DNA of 64,000 nucleotides. Source: Anaerolineae bacterium. Its GTDB lineage: Bacteria > Chloroflexota > Anaerolineae > B4-G1 > DUEL01. A model generated the notes under the pieces. That model was not told the origin of the DNA. It saw nothing but the letters and a program-made list of their open reading frames with translations, and made no database searches. Position 1 is the first letter of the stretch, and every line of letters begins with the position of its first letter. Of this stretch, positions 44,171 through 54,256 are shown in pieces. The stretch is taken from the NCBI GenBank assembly GCA_041082215.1, contig JBDOIF010000049.1, positions 1 to 64,000 on the forward strand, written 5' to 3'. Position numbers and translations under genes: made by a program.

Positions 44171-44866
44171 ATGGGCATCCGACCGGTTCTCACCCATCCC
44201 TGGGACATCTCGCCAGCCGAGGCCCAGGCTCTCCAACAGCGACTGCGCAGGCAGGTGCGGGTGGAGCCACTTCAGGCTCCCCTGAGAACGGTGGGCGGGG
44301 TGGACGTAAGCGTGCAAAAGGAGGTAGCACAGGCAGCCGTCGTCCTCCTTTCATACCCCGGAATGGAACCTCTGGAGGCCGCCACGGCGGAACTCCCCGT
44401 CAACTTCCCCTATATCCCCGGCCTCCTGGCCTTCCGCGAGGGGCCAGTGGTGCTGGAGGCGCTGGAACGGCTGAAGGGGGAGCCGGACGTGCTGCTCTTC
44501 GACGCCCAGGGGCTGGCCCACCCCCGCCGGATGGGGCTGGCAACCCATATCGGCATCCTGCTGGACCGGCCCACCATCGGCTGCGCCAAATCCCGCCTCT
44601 GCGGGGAGCACGAGGAGCCCCCGCCCGAACCGGGTGGATGGGTCCCGCTGATAGACGAAGGGGAGATCATCGGCGCCGTCGTCCGCACCCGGCCCAACGT
44701 GCAGCCCCTTTACGTCTCGGTGGGCCATCGGGTGGACCTGGAGACGGCGGTGGAGGTGGTGCTCGCCTGCTGCATCGGATACCGACTCCCGGAGCCGACC
44801 CGCTGGGCCCACCGGGTAGCAGGCGGAGAGCCTTTCCCGACCTCCCATCAACTCACCCTGTTCTGA
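44171..44866 (+). CDS. nfi: Endonuclease V (deoxyinosine 3' endonuclease)
   Basis: GGVDVS, PYIPGLLAFRE, DAQGLAHPRR.GLA.H.G, IGCAKS, YRLPEPTR.AH. Confidence 0.96.
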   Translation: MGIRPVLTHPWDISPAEAQALQQRLRRQVRVEPLQAPLRTVGGVDVSVQKEVAQAAVVLLSYPGMEPLEAATAELPVNFPYIPGLLAFREGPVVLEALERLKGEPDVLLFDAQGLAHPRRMGLATHIGILLDRPTIGCAKSRLCGEHEEPPPEPGGWVPLIDEGEIIGAVVRTRPNVQPLYVSVGHRVDLETAVEVVLACCIGYRLPEPTRWAHRVAGGEPFPTSHQLTLF

Positions 44867-44901
44867 AACAGATGGAAAACCACAGGGGGCGAGCCGGGGA
44901 T

Positions 44902-45666
44902 ATGGAGCGGTCGGAGAAGCTGAGGCGTGTGGCGACGCTGGTGCGTCGGGCCCGCCATGCCGTGGCCCTGACCGGGGCGGGGATCAGCACCCCCTCCGGC
45001 ATACCCGACTTCCGCACGCCCGGTGAGGGGCTGTGGGAGAAAGCCGACCCGATGGAGGTGGCCTCCATCTACGCCTTCCGGCGGAATCCGCAGGCCTTCT
45101 ACCTCTGGGTGCGCCCCGTCGTGGACCTGATCGAGAATGCCCAGCCCAACCCGGCCCACCTGGCCCTGGCCCGCCTGGAGGCGGATGGGCGGCTGAAAGC
45201 CGTCATCACGCAGAACATTGACGGACTCCACCAGCGGGCTGGCTCCCGCACCGTCCTGGAGCTCCACGGCCACCTGCGGACGGTGACGTGCCTGAACTGC
45301 TTTCAAAGCCAGCCCGCCGAAGCGGCGCTGGAAACGGTCAGACGGGGGGAGGTGCCCCTCTGCTCCTGGTGCGGTGGGGTGGTCAAACCCGACGTCATCC
45401 TCTTCGGCGAGCAACTTCCCCTCGCCGTCCTGGCCGAGGCGATGGAACATGTGCGAAAAGCCGACCTGATCCTCGTCGTCGGCTCCTCGCTGATGGTCAT
45501 GCCGGCAGCCAAGCTGCCCGCCCTGGTCCATTCCGGCGGAGGGGAGGTGGTGATCTTCAACAAGCAGGCCACCTACGCCGATCGCTTCGCCGCCGCCGTC
45601 TTCCACGAAGACGTGGCAGAGGTCCTCCCCCTGCTGGTGCAGGCCTGCCTGGAGGAACACCTATGA
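44902..45666 (+). CDS. cobB: Sir2/CobB NAD-dependent deacylase
   Basis: TGAGISTPSGIPDFR, TQNIDGLH, LHG, CxxC/CxxC, GSSL; start 44902 or 44872. Confidence 0.93.
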   Translation: MERSEKLRRVATLVRRARHAVALTGAGISTPSGIPDFRTPGEGLWEKADPMEVASIYAFRRNPQAFYLWVRPVVDLIENAQPNPAHLALARLEADGRLKAVITQNIDGLHQRAGSRTVLELHGHLRTVTCLNCFQSQPAEAALETVRRGEVPLCSWCGGVVKPDVILFGEQLPLAVLAEAMEHVRKADLILVVGSSLMVMPAAKLPALVHSGGGEVVIFNKQATYADRFAAAVFHEDVAEVLPLLVQACLEEHL

Positions 45667-46859
45667 ACTCTTCAGCTCTGGAAACCCGCATCGCCCGCCT
45701 CGAGCGGATCATCGAGATCAGCCGCTCCCTTAACTCCACCCTCAGCCTGCGCCCCCTGCTGCAGCAGATCGTCCACGCCGCCCAGGAGCTGACGAACACA
45801 GAGGCCAGCTCGATTATGCTGGTGGACCGCAAGACGGGCGAGCTCCACTTCGAGGCAGCGACCGGCATCCGCAGCCACGAGATCCGCTCCACGGTGGTGC
45901 CCATGGAGGGGAGCATCGCCGGCTGGGTGGTTCAGCACGACCAGCCCGTCGTCATCGCCGACGCCCAGAGCGACCCCCGCTTCTACCGCCAGATTGACAA
46001 GCAGATTGCCTTTAAAACCCGCTCCCTCATCGCCGTCCCGATGGCGGTCAGAGGGAGGGTGATCGGCGTCCTGGAGGCGGTCAACAAGTGGGACGGGGAG
46101 CCGTTCACCGAAGAGGATGTGGAAACCCTGAGCATCCTGGCCGATCAGGCCGCGGTCGCCATCGAGAACGCCGTCCTCTTCCAGCAATCGGACCTGGTGG
46201 CCGAGATGGTCCACGAAATGCGCACTCCCCTCACCTCCATCGCTGGCTACGCGGAGATGATCCAGCGGCCCGACGTCTCCGTTGAACAGCAGAGAGAGTT
46301 CGCTCGCACCATCCGACAGGAAGCCCTCCGTCTCAGCCAGATGACCAACAACTTCCTGGAACTGGCCCGGCTGGAATCCGGCAGGGCCTTCCTGGCCCAG
46401 GAAGAGGTGAAACTGGAGCGAATGATAGAAGAGGCCATCGGCGTGCTGAGGCCTCAGGCGGAAAAGAAGAGGATCTCCCTCCAGGTCGCCTCATGCGGCT
46501 ATATCCCTCCGATCGTGGGGGATGAGTCCCGCCTGAAGCAGACTCTCATTAACCTGCTGGATAACGCCATCAAGTACTGTCGGGCGGGGGATCGGGTTAC
46601 GGTGACCACACGGGTCACACCCCAGGAGGTCATCCTGGGCGTCGTGGATACCGGTCCGGGCATCCCCAAAGAGGCGCAGGAACACCTGTTTGAGAAATTC
46701 TACCGTCTCCCCACCGCCGAAGAGACGGCCCAGGGGACCGGCCTGGGGCTGGCGATCAGCCGGCAGATCGTCGAGGCCCATGGCGGCAGGATTTGGGTGG
46801 AGAGCGACGTGGGGAAGGGAGCTGCCTTCTACTTCTCCCTCCCCATCCCCCACAGGTGA
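45663..46859 (+). CDS. GAF-domain sensor histidine kinase
   Basis: GAF (SIAGWV...DPRF...VLEAVNK), HEMRTPL, NLLDNAIKY, DTGPGI, GTGLGL. Confidence 0.93.
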   Translation: MNSSALETRIARLERIIEISRSLNSTLSLRPLLQQIVHAAQELTNTEASSIMLVDRKTGELHFEAATGIRSHEIRSTVVPMEGSIAGWVVQHDQPVVIADAQSDPRFYRQIDKQIAFKTRSLIAVPMAVRGRVIGVLEAVNKWDGEPFTEEDVETLSILADQAAVAIENAVLFQQSDLVAEMVHEMRTPLTSIAGYAEMIQRPDVSVEQQREFARTIRQEALRLSQMTNNFLELARLESGRAFLAQEEVKLERMIEEAIGVLRPQAEKKRISLQVASCGYIPPIVGDESRLKQTLINLLDNAIKYCRAGDRVTVTTRVTPQEVILGVVDTGPGIPKEAQEHLFEKFYRLPTAEETAQGTGLGLAISRQIVEAHGGRIWVESDVGKGAAFYFSLPIPHR

Positions 46860-47737
46860 TCCCCTTCCACTTCACAACACGTCTCGGGGTCCAGCCACAG
46901 GCTCCCCAGCCGGAGCGCGTCCACTCCCTCCAGCGACCGGACCGGTGTGCGGAGCCTCACCGTCCGCCGGGCCGGATCCGCCTCGACGACGATCCCCAGC
47001 GCCAGCGCGAACCCCTGCACATCCTCTAGGGCGATCAGCCGCCCCCGACTGAAAGCGGGAACGGGGATCACCGCCAGGCGGGGCCAGGCCACCTCCAGGA
47101 CCTCCGCACCGGCGAAGTACTGGCGGAATGCTGCCGCCCGATGGGCGCGTCGGGCGGCGATATCCCGCAGCCGCACCGCCGGAGCGACGGGCAGGTCTAT
47201 CACCAGCGTGCGGGCCGACCGGCGTAGCGGCACCAGCAGGTGCTCCAGCTCCACCCCTCGCTGAATGGCGAAGACCGCCGTCGGCTCCAGCAGGTCCACC
47301 TTGGCCTGCTTCAGTACCCCACCTGCCTGCTCCCGGGAGACCAGCCCTGTGGTATCGAGCACCGTCGCCGTAGCGCCCATCTCCCGGGCGCGTCGGGCCA
47401 GCTTGTGTACCCCGATGAGGGTGGAGAGCATATGGCCCCGAGGGGTGTTGGAGCCGACGAAGAAGCGGACCCGTGGGCCGTCTGGGGGGAAGCCGTTGTC
47501 GTCCGACTGACGGACCACCAGCGTCATCGTCGTCGGCGGCCCCAGCGAAGCCTGGCCGACGTCTCCGTCTATAAAAGCCACTCGCTCGTGATAGGCGCAG
47601 AGCCTGCGGTACAGATACCGGGCAAAGATGGACTTCCCCGTATCCGGAGCGCCGACAACCATCAGCGTCCCCGACAGGTCATCCAGCCTCAGTTGCTCCC
47701 AGTTGGGAGGAACCTCGATCTTCTCCAGCTCTCCCAT
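46829..47737 (-). CDS. Clp1/Nol9/Grc3-family polynucleotide 5'-hydroxyl kinase
   Basis: GAPDTGKS Walker A, DGDVGQ, DTTG, RRAHRAAAFRQYF lid. Confidence 0.85.
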   Translation of the reverse strand: MGELEKIEVPPNWEQLRLDDLSGTLMVVGAPDTGKSIFARYLYRRLCAYHERVAFIDGDVGQASLGPPTTMTLVVRQSDDNGFPPDGPRVRFFVGSNTPRGHMLSTLIGVHKLARRAREMGATATVLDTTGLVSREQAGGVLKQAKVDLLEPTAVFAIQRGVELEHLLVPLRRSARTLVIDLPVAPAVRLRDIAARRAHRAAAFRQYFAGAEVLEVAWPRLAVIPVPAFSRGRLIALEDVQGFALALGIVVEADPARRTVRLRTPVRSLEGVDALRLGSLWLDPETCCEVEGDHLWGMGREK

Positions 47738-47776
47738 GCGGGGTTAAAGATAGCACATCTGCGGGAGAGGGCAAGT

Positions 47777-47859
47777 AGGAGTATTTCAGTCTGGGGGCGG
47801 GATGTCCCTGGACCAGGCCGGACCTGGGGAAACACGAATGGCGCGATTGAAATACACCC
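47777..47859 (+). mobile_element. MITE copy 2 (83 bp, internally deleted) with perfect 8-bp TSD
   Basis: Both termini retained; GGGCAAGT at 47769-47776 and 47860-47867. Confidence 0.85.
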
Positions 47860-47874
47860 GGGCAAGTCTGCGGT

Positions 47875-47903
47875 TTGCGCCGGTCAGTGAGGCAGTGTAA
47901 AAT
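47875..47903 (+). promoter_or_regulatory. Promoter of radical SAM operon (near-leaderless)
   Basis: TTGCGC-17-TAAAAT, ATG 9 nt downstream, no SD. Confidence 0.55.
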
Positions 47904-47912
47904 ATTTCCGCT

Positions 47913-48940
<1,028 letters not shown>

Positions 48941-48965
<25 letters not shown>

Positions 48966-49591
48966 GCCGTCTGGTTGCAGCCATAGACCGTCGTATGCGC
49001 CGCAGGCTGGAGATATGGGAGTACAGCGACGACCCGGACTGCGTCTTCCGGGTGGGGCTGGCTCCCTCCCGCTGGCGGGTGGAGCTTTCCGACGGTTCGG
49101 TCATCGAGCGGGGGGAGACGATCGGCGTGATCCATATATGGAACGAGCGGGTACCGTCGCTTCCGCCCGACGGCCCCGACCTCGCCTGGGCGCGCGAAGT
49201 GCAACGACGGATCCCTCACTCCTTTCGCCTGCTGGCCCGGGTGATGCAGGAGGACCCCCGCCTGACCAACGTCCGGGGCTTTGGCTGGCAGGGGGCGCTG
49301 GAGTTCAGCCCCGGCATTATGCGGCTGCTGGAAAGGATAGGGATCGAGACCTACGAGCTGCCGGTGCGGACGGTCCGGGACTGGGTGGAGGAAAAGGTGA
49401 ATCTGGTCTGGACCTATCTGCTGCGCCGCACGTTCAACCCGCCCAGCACACAGGGACGGGGGGTGGAGGTGTTGAAGCGCCGCTTCTACTGGATCAGCAG
49501 GGAGCGGTTCCTGGCACTTTATGGAACGAACAACGAGCAGCCGGCAACCGGTGACGAGAAACAGAAAACGGGAGGGCGAGATGCAAGGTAG
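48941..49591 (+). CDS. YkoP-like hypothetical protein
   Basis: DPDCVFRV...LSDG..I..GE.I..IH.WNERVP; GTG start inferred. Confidence 0.6.
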
Positions 49592-50180
49592 TCAGAAAGA
49601 GATCACGTTGCCCCCTCCCCGATTGAAGGGGGAGGTATCGCTGGAGGAAGCGATCGCGGCCCGCCGCTCCGTCCGTTCCTACACAGATAAAGAGTTGAGC
49701 CTTGAAGAGATCAGCCAGCTCCTGTGGGCGGCCCAGGGGATCACCGGCAGGCAGGATTTCAAACGGGCGGCCCCATCGGCCGGGGGCCGCTGCCCGCTGG
49801 AGTTTTACGTCTGCTGGTCGGAGGGGGTCTGGCACTACCACCCCCAGGGCCATCGGCTGCTCTGCCATCTGACGGAAGACGTGCGCAGGCCGCTGGCGCA
49901 GGCAGCGTGGGATCAGCGGTTTGTCGCTGAGGCCCCCGTTGTCTTCGCCGTGGCGGGCGTCTTCGAGCGCACCACCAGCCGGTACGGGGAGCGGGGCCGG
50001 TTCCGCTACGTGCCGATGGACGTAGGGCATGCTGCCCAGAACCTGCTCCTGGAGGCAGTCGCCCTGGGGTTGGGGAGCGTCCCCGTCGGCGCCTTCGACG
50101 ACGCGGCGGTGGCGCGGGTGCTGCAACTGCCCCCCGGGCAGGAACCCCTCTACCTGCTGCCCGTCGGCCATCCGAAGTAG
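49581..50180 (+). CDS. SagB/ThcOx-type nitroreductase-family protein
   Basis: RRSVRSY, SQLLWAAQG, RAAPSAG, GHAAQN, VGAFDD. Confidence 0.9.
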   Translation: MQGSQKEITLPPPRLKGEVSLEEAIAARRSVRSYTDKELSLEEISQLLWAAQGITGRQDFKRAAPSAGGRCPLEFYVCWSEGVWHYHPQGHRLLCHLTEDVRRPLAQAAWDQRFVAEAPVVFAVAGVFERTTSRYGERGRFRYVPMDVGHAAQNLLLEAVALGLGSVPVGAFDDAAVARVLQLPPGQEPLYLLPVGHPK

Positions 50181-50189
50181 CGCGCAAGT

Positions 50190-50720
50190 ATGGGACGGAT
50201 AGACCAGGGGACCCTCCAACTGACCGGGCGCTATCTGGTCGTCCCCCGCACCCTCTGTTTCATCACCTGCGGCGACGAGGTGCTGCTTCTGCGCGGCGCA
50301 CCGGATAAACGGCTCTGGCCCGGCCGTTACAACGGAATCGGCGGCCACGTGGAACGGGGGGAGGACGTCCGTTCCGCCGCTCTGCGGGAGATCCGCGAGG
50401 AGGTAGGAATAGAGGTGACCGACCTGCGGCTGCGAGGCGTTATCAACGTCGCACCGGATGCCGAAGGGCCGGGGGTGATGCTCTTCGTCTTCACGGCCCG
50501 CGCCCTGAGCCGCCAGGCGCAGCCCTCTGCTGAAGGGACCCCCGTCTGGATTCGGCAGGGCGAATGGGACGGCCTGGAGCTGGTGGAAGACCTGCCCATA
50601 CTCCTGCCGCGGGTCCTGGCGATGGGACCCGACGATCCTCCCTTCTTCGGCCACTACACATATGACGAAGAGGACCGGCTGGAAGTGCGGTTTGAGGAGG
50701 ATGCCCGATGGAAAAGCTGA
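50190..50720 (+). CDS. NUDIX hydrolase (MutT-like)
   Basis: Nudix box GGHVERGEDVRSAALREIREEVG. Confidence 0.9.
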   Translation: MGRIDQGTLQLTGRYLVVPRTLCFITCGDEVLLLRGAPDKRLWPGRYNGIGGHVERGEDVRSAALREIREEVGIEVTDLRLRGVINVAPDAEGPGVMLFVFTARALSRQAQPSAEGTPVWIRQGEWDGLELVEDLPILLPRVLAMGPDDPPFFGHYTYDEEDRLEVRFEEDARWKS

Positions 50721-53362
50721 CCCCCATGCTCCGGCAATATCGCCAGCTCAAGGCCCGCTTCCCCGATGCGATCCTCCTCTTCCGCCTGGGCGACTTCTAC
50801 GAGATGTTCGAGGAAGACGCCCACATCGCCTCCCGGCAGCTCGGCCTGGTCCTCACCTCCCGCCGCTTCTCCCAGCGGGTGAAACTCCCGATGTGCGGGG
50901 TTCCCTACCGCCAGCTGACCACCTACGTCTCCCGGCTCCTCGCCCTCGGCCACAAGGTCGCCATCGCTGAACAACTGGAGGAGCCTGGCAAAACCCGAAA
51001 GCTGGTCCAGCGGGAGGTGGTGCGGGTGATCACCCCCGGCACGGTGGTAGAGGAGGACATGCTGGCGGCGAAGGCGCAGAACTTCCTCGCCGCCCTGGCC
51101 CCTGGCGAAGAGGGCTGGGGGCTGGCAGCCGTTGACCTCTCCACCGGCGAGTTCGTGACCACCCAGTTTACAGGTCCGGAGGCGCAGGACCGGCTTCTGG
51201 AAGAGCTGGAGATCCTGGCCCCCAGCGAAGTGGTCCTCCCCGAAGAGCTGGCGCAGGATGAAGGATGGAACGCCCGTATCCGGCAGGTACGGCCCGCCCG
51301 TCTCTCCTCCCTCCCCTCCGCCGCCTTCGACCCGGAAGAGGCGTGCCGTCGGCTGATGGACCATCTGGGCACGCCGACGCTGGCCCCCTTCGGCTGCGAG
51401 GGCCTCCCCCTGGCCACCGCCGCCGCCGGCGCCGCCCTCCGCTACCTCCAGGAAAGCCAGCTCTCCGACCTGGCCCACCTGCGGGAGCTGCGAACCCTCC
51501 ACCCGGAGGCCACCGTCGCCCTCGACGGCGTGACACGGCGCAACCTGGAGCTGACCCAGACGCTCCACGAAGGAAAAGTGGAGGGCAGCCTGCTGGGCGT
51601 GCTGGATCGGACCCTCACGCCGATGGGAGGGCGGCTGCTGCGCCGCTGGGTCCAGCAGCCGCTGACCGACCTGGAAAGCATCCGGGAGCGGCTGGACGCG
51701 GTGGAGGAGCTGGTGGGGGGAGGGGCAGAGGGGGCGTTCCTGCGGGCCGACCTCCGCTCCCTTCTGGACGGCCTCCACGATGTGGAACGGCTGGCAGGTC
51801 GGGTGGGGTTCGGCTCTGCCAATGGCCGGGACCTGGCCGCGCTGCGCCGGGCGCTGGAGCGCATCCCTCGCATCAAGCGGGTGCTGCGGAAGGCCCGCTC
51901 CTCCCGCCTCCAGGCGCTGAATGCGGAGCTGGACGATCTGCAGGACGTGGCCGCCCTCATCGGCCGGGCGCTGGTCGATCGCCCCCCCACCCTCCTGAAA
52001 GAAGGGGGGCTCATCCGCCCCGGCTATAACGCCGAACTGGACCGGCTGCGGCGGACAGCCGCCGAGAGGCGGGATCGGCTGGCCGCCTACGAGGCCCGGG
52101 AACGGGAACGGACCGGCATCCCCACCCTTCGGGTCCGCTACAACCAGGTCTTCGGCTTCTTCGTCGAAGTGCCCCGCAGCAAGGCGGACCGGGTCCCGCC
52201 GGAGTATGAGCGGCGGGCCACCATCACCCACGCCGAACGGTTCGCCACACCGGAGCTGAAGGCATGGGAGGCGGAGATCCTGGTCGCCGAGGAGCGGGCC
52301 AACGAGCTGGAATACGAGCTGTTCGTCCGGTTGCGGCAGACAGTAGCGGGCCACGTCGAACGGCTCCAGCGGGCGGCACGGGTGCTGGCCGAACTGGACA
52401 CCCTGACCGCGCTGGCGGAGGCGGCCGCCCGGTACGGATACATCCGCCCCGAGATGGACGAAAGCGCCGTCATCGAGATCGAGGAGGGCCGCCACCCGGT
52501 GGTCGAGCGGATGCTGCCGGAGGGAATCCGCTTCGTCCCCAACGACACCCGGCTGGATGAAGAGCAGCGGCTGATGGTCATCACCGGGCCGAACATGAGC
52601 GGCAAGTCGGTCTATATCCGACAGGTGGCCCTCATCGTGCTGATGGCGCAGATGGGGAGCTTCGTCCCTGCCAGGCGGGCGCGGATCGGGCTGGTGGACC
52701 GGGTCTTTGTCCGTGCTGGCGCCACCGACAACATCGCCCAGGGCCGCTCCACCTTCCTGATCGAGATGAGCGAGACCGCCTACATCCTCCGCCACGCCAC
52801 CCCCCGCAGCCTGGTGGTGCTGGATGAGGTGGGGCGGGGCACGTCAACTTACGACGGGATGGGGCTGGCCTGGGCGGTAGGGGAGGACCTGCACGACCGG
52901 GTAGGCGCCCGCACCCTCTTCGCCACCCACTTCCATGAGCTGACCCGCCTGGCCGACCGACTTCCCGCCGCCCGCAATTACAGCCTGGCGGTAAAAGAGC
53001 AGGGTCAGGAAGTGGTGTTCCTCTACCGGCTGGTGGAAGGAGGCGCAGACCGCAGCTACGGGGTTCAGGTGGCCCGGCTGGCCGGCATCCCCGACCCCGT
53101 GGTGAAGCGGGCCTGGGAGGTGATGAGGGAACTGGGAGGAGACAGGAGACAGGAAGCCAGGAGGGATCTCCGGGAAATCGGGCCATCCTATGCGGTACAG
53201 GAAGCCGGGGAGCGACTGCTGGTCCCCACCGATGACGAGGCGATCCGGGAGGTGGTGCAGGAGCTCTTCGGGCTGGACATCGCTAACCTGACGCCAGTAC
53301 AGGCGCTGATGATCCTGAATCAGTTGCAACAGAGACTGCGAGAGTGGCGATTGCAGGCTTAA
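50708..53362 (+). CDS. mutS: DNA mismatch repair protein MutS
   Basis: TPMLRQY, GDFYEMF, GPNMSGKS, STFLIEM, DEVGRGTS, ATHFHEL, SYG. Confidence 0.97.
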   Translation: MEKLTPMLRQYRQLKARFPDAILLFRLGDFYEMFEEDAHIASRQLGLVLTSRRFSQRVKLPMCGVPYRQLTTYVSRLLALGHKVAIAEQLEEPGKTRKLVQREVVRVITPGTVVEEDMLAAKAQNFLAALAPGEEGWGLAAVDLSTGEFVTTQFTGPEAQDRLLEELEILAPSEVVLPEELAQDEGWNARIRQVRPARLSSLPSAAFDPEEACRRLMDHLGTPTLAPFGCEGLPLATAAAGAALRYLQESQLSDLAHLRELRTLHPEATVALDGVTRRNLELTQTLHEGKVEGSLLGVLDRTLTPMGGRLLRRWVQQPLTDLESIRERLDAVEELVGGGAEGAFLRADLRSLLDGLHDVERLAGRVGFGSANGRDLAALRRALERIPRIKRVLRKARSSRLQALNAELDDLQDVAALIGRALVDRPPTLLKEGGLIRPGYNAELDRLRRTAAERRDRLAAYEARERERTGIPTLRVRYNQVFGFFVEVPRSKADRVPPEYERRATITHAERFATPELKAWEAEILVAEERANELEYELFVRLRQTVAGHVERLQRAARVLAELDTLTALAEAAARYGYIRPEMDESAVIEIEEGRHPVVERMLPEGIRFVPNDTRLDEEQRLMVITGPNMSGKSVYIRQVALIVLMAQMGSFVPARRARIGLVDRVFVRAGATDNIAQGRSTFLIEMSETAYILRHATPRSLVVLDEVGRGTSTYDGMGLAWAVGEDLHDRVGARTLFATHFHELTRLADRLPAARNYSLAVKEQGQEVVFLYRLVEGGADRSYGVQVARLAGIPDPVVKRAWEVMRELGGDRRQEARRDLREIGPSYAVQEAGERLLVPTDDEAIREVVQELFGLDIANLTPVQALMILNQLQQRLREWRLQA

Positions 53363-53553
53363 AGGTGTATTTCGGTTCGGGAGCGAGAGGTCTCTGGCCC
53401 GGGCCGGACCTGGGGAAACACGAATGGCGCGAATGGAAACGAATACCGCGAATGGAGCAGTATCCCTTCTATTCGCTGCATTCGGGCCATTCGTGGGATT
53501 CGCGATCCACCGGCGGGCGAGAGGACCACTCGCTCCGAAATTGAAATACGCCC
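53363..53553 (+). mobile_element. MITE copy 3 (191 bp)
   Basis: AGGTGTATTTCGGTT...AATTGAAATACGCCC directly after the mutS stop. Confidence 0.85.
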
Positions 53554-53586
53554 GGATTTTGGGATATGGCCCTTGCTCCTGAATGG

Positions 53587-54246
53587 CTAGAGGCCGTCCT
53601 TCTGAGCCCTCTGATATACGTGATATACGTAGAGGATCCGCTGCAGGGCGGTGAGGTTGGCGCCAATGGCAAGTACCCAGAGAGTGGCGGTGGGAAGGCC
53701 CAGGATAAGCCCTGCGGTGAGGACCGCCACCCGTTCCATTCGGGTGAAGATCCCCCCCTTGCAGGAGACGCCCAGCCCTTCCGCTCGCGCCCGGGTGTAG
53801 CTGACCAGCATCGAACCCGCCAGGGCGACAAAGGCAAGGACCACCTCCAGGCCAAACCCCTGCCGCAGGAAATGGGCCGCCAGGCCGGAAAGGAGCGCAG
53901 CCTCGGAAACCCGATCCAGCGTGGAGTCCAGGAAGGCCCCGAGCCGGCTCTGCTGACCCATCACCCGCGCCAGAGCGCCGTCAAGGGCATCCAGAGGGGC
54001 GGTGAGGGCCAGCAGCCAGCCGCCAAGAGTCAGGCGGCCCGTAGAGAGGACAACGGCGATACCTACGTTCAGGAGGCAGCCGATCAGGGTCAGCGTGTTG
54101 GGATGGACGTGATATCTTGCCAGGAACCTGGCGATGGGAAAGGTGACAACCTGCGCCGCCTCCCGCGCCCAGTCGGTCAGGCTCTCATAACCCTGCCTCT
54201 TCCCCGTCTTCTGGAGGGGAGCCTTGTCTGCCTGGGCCTTTTCCAT
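53587..54246 (-). CDS. pgsA: CDP-alcohol phosphatidyltransferase (probable phosphatidylinositol-phosphate synthase)
   Basis: HPNTLT, DALDGALAR...SRLGAFLDSTLDR, VSYTRARAE; follows ino1. Confidence 0.85.
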   Translation of the reverse strand: MEKAQADKAPLQKTGKRQGYESLTDWAREAAQVVTFPIARFLARYHVHPNTLTLIGCLLNVGIAVVLSTGRLTLGGWLLALTAPLDALDGALARVMGQQSRLGAFLDSTLDRVSEAALLSGLAAHFLRQGFGLEVVLAFVALAGSMLVSYTRARAEGLGVSCKGGIFTRMERVAVLTAGLILGLPTATLWVLAIGANLTALQRILYVYHVYQRAQKDGL

Positions 54247-54256
54247 CTTTCCCTCC

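Noticed and set aside
44902..45666. Sir2-based anti-phage system
   Set aside because: Canonical Zn-binding CobB-type sirtuin with no defence partners
49581..50180. RiPP (azole) biosynthetic cluster
   Set aside because: SagB-like gene stands alone; no YcaO or precursor peptide nearby
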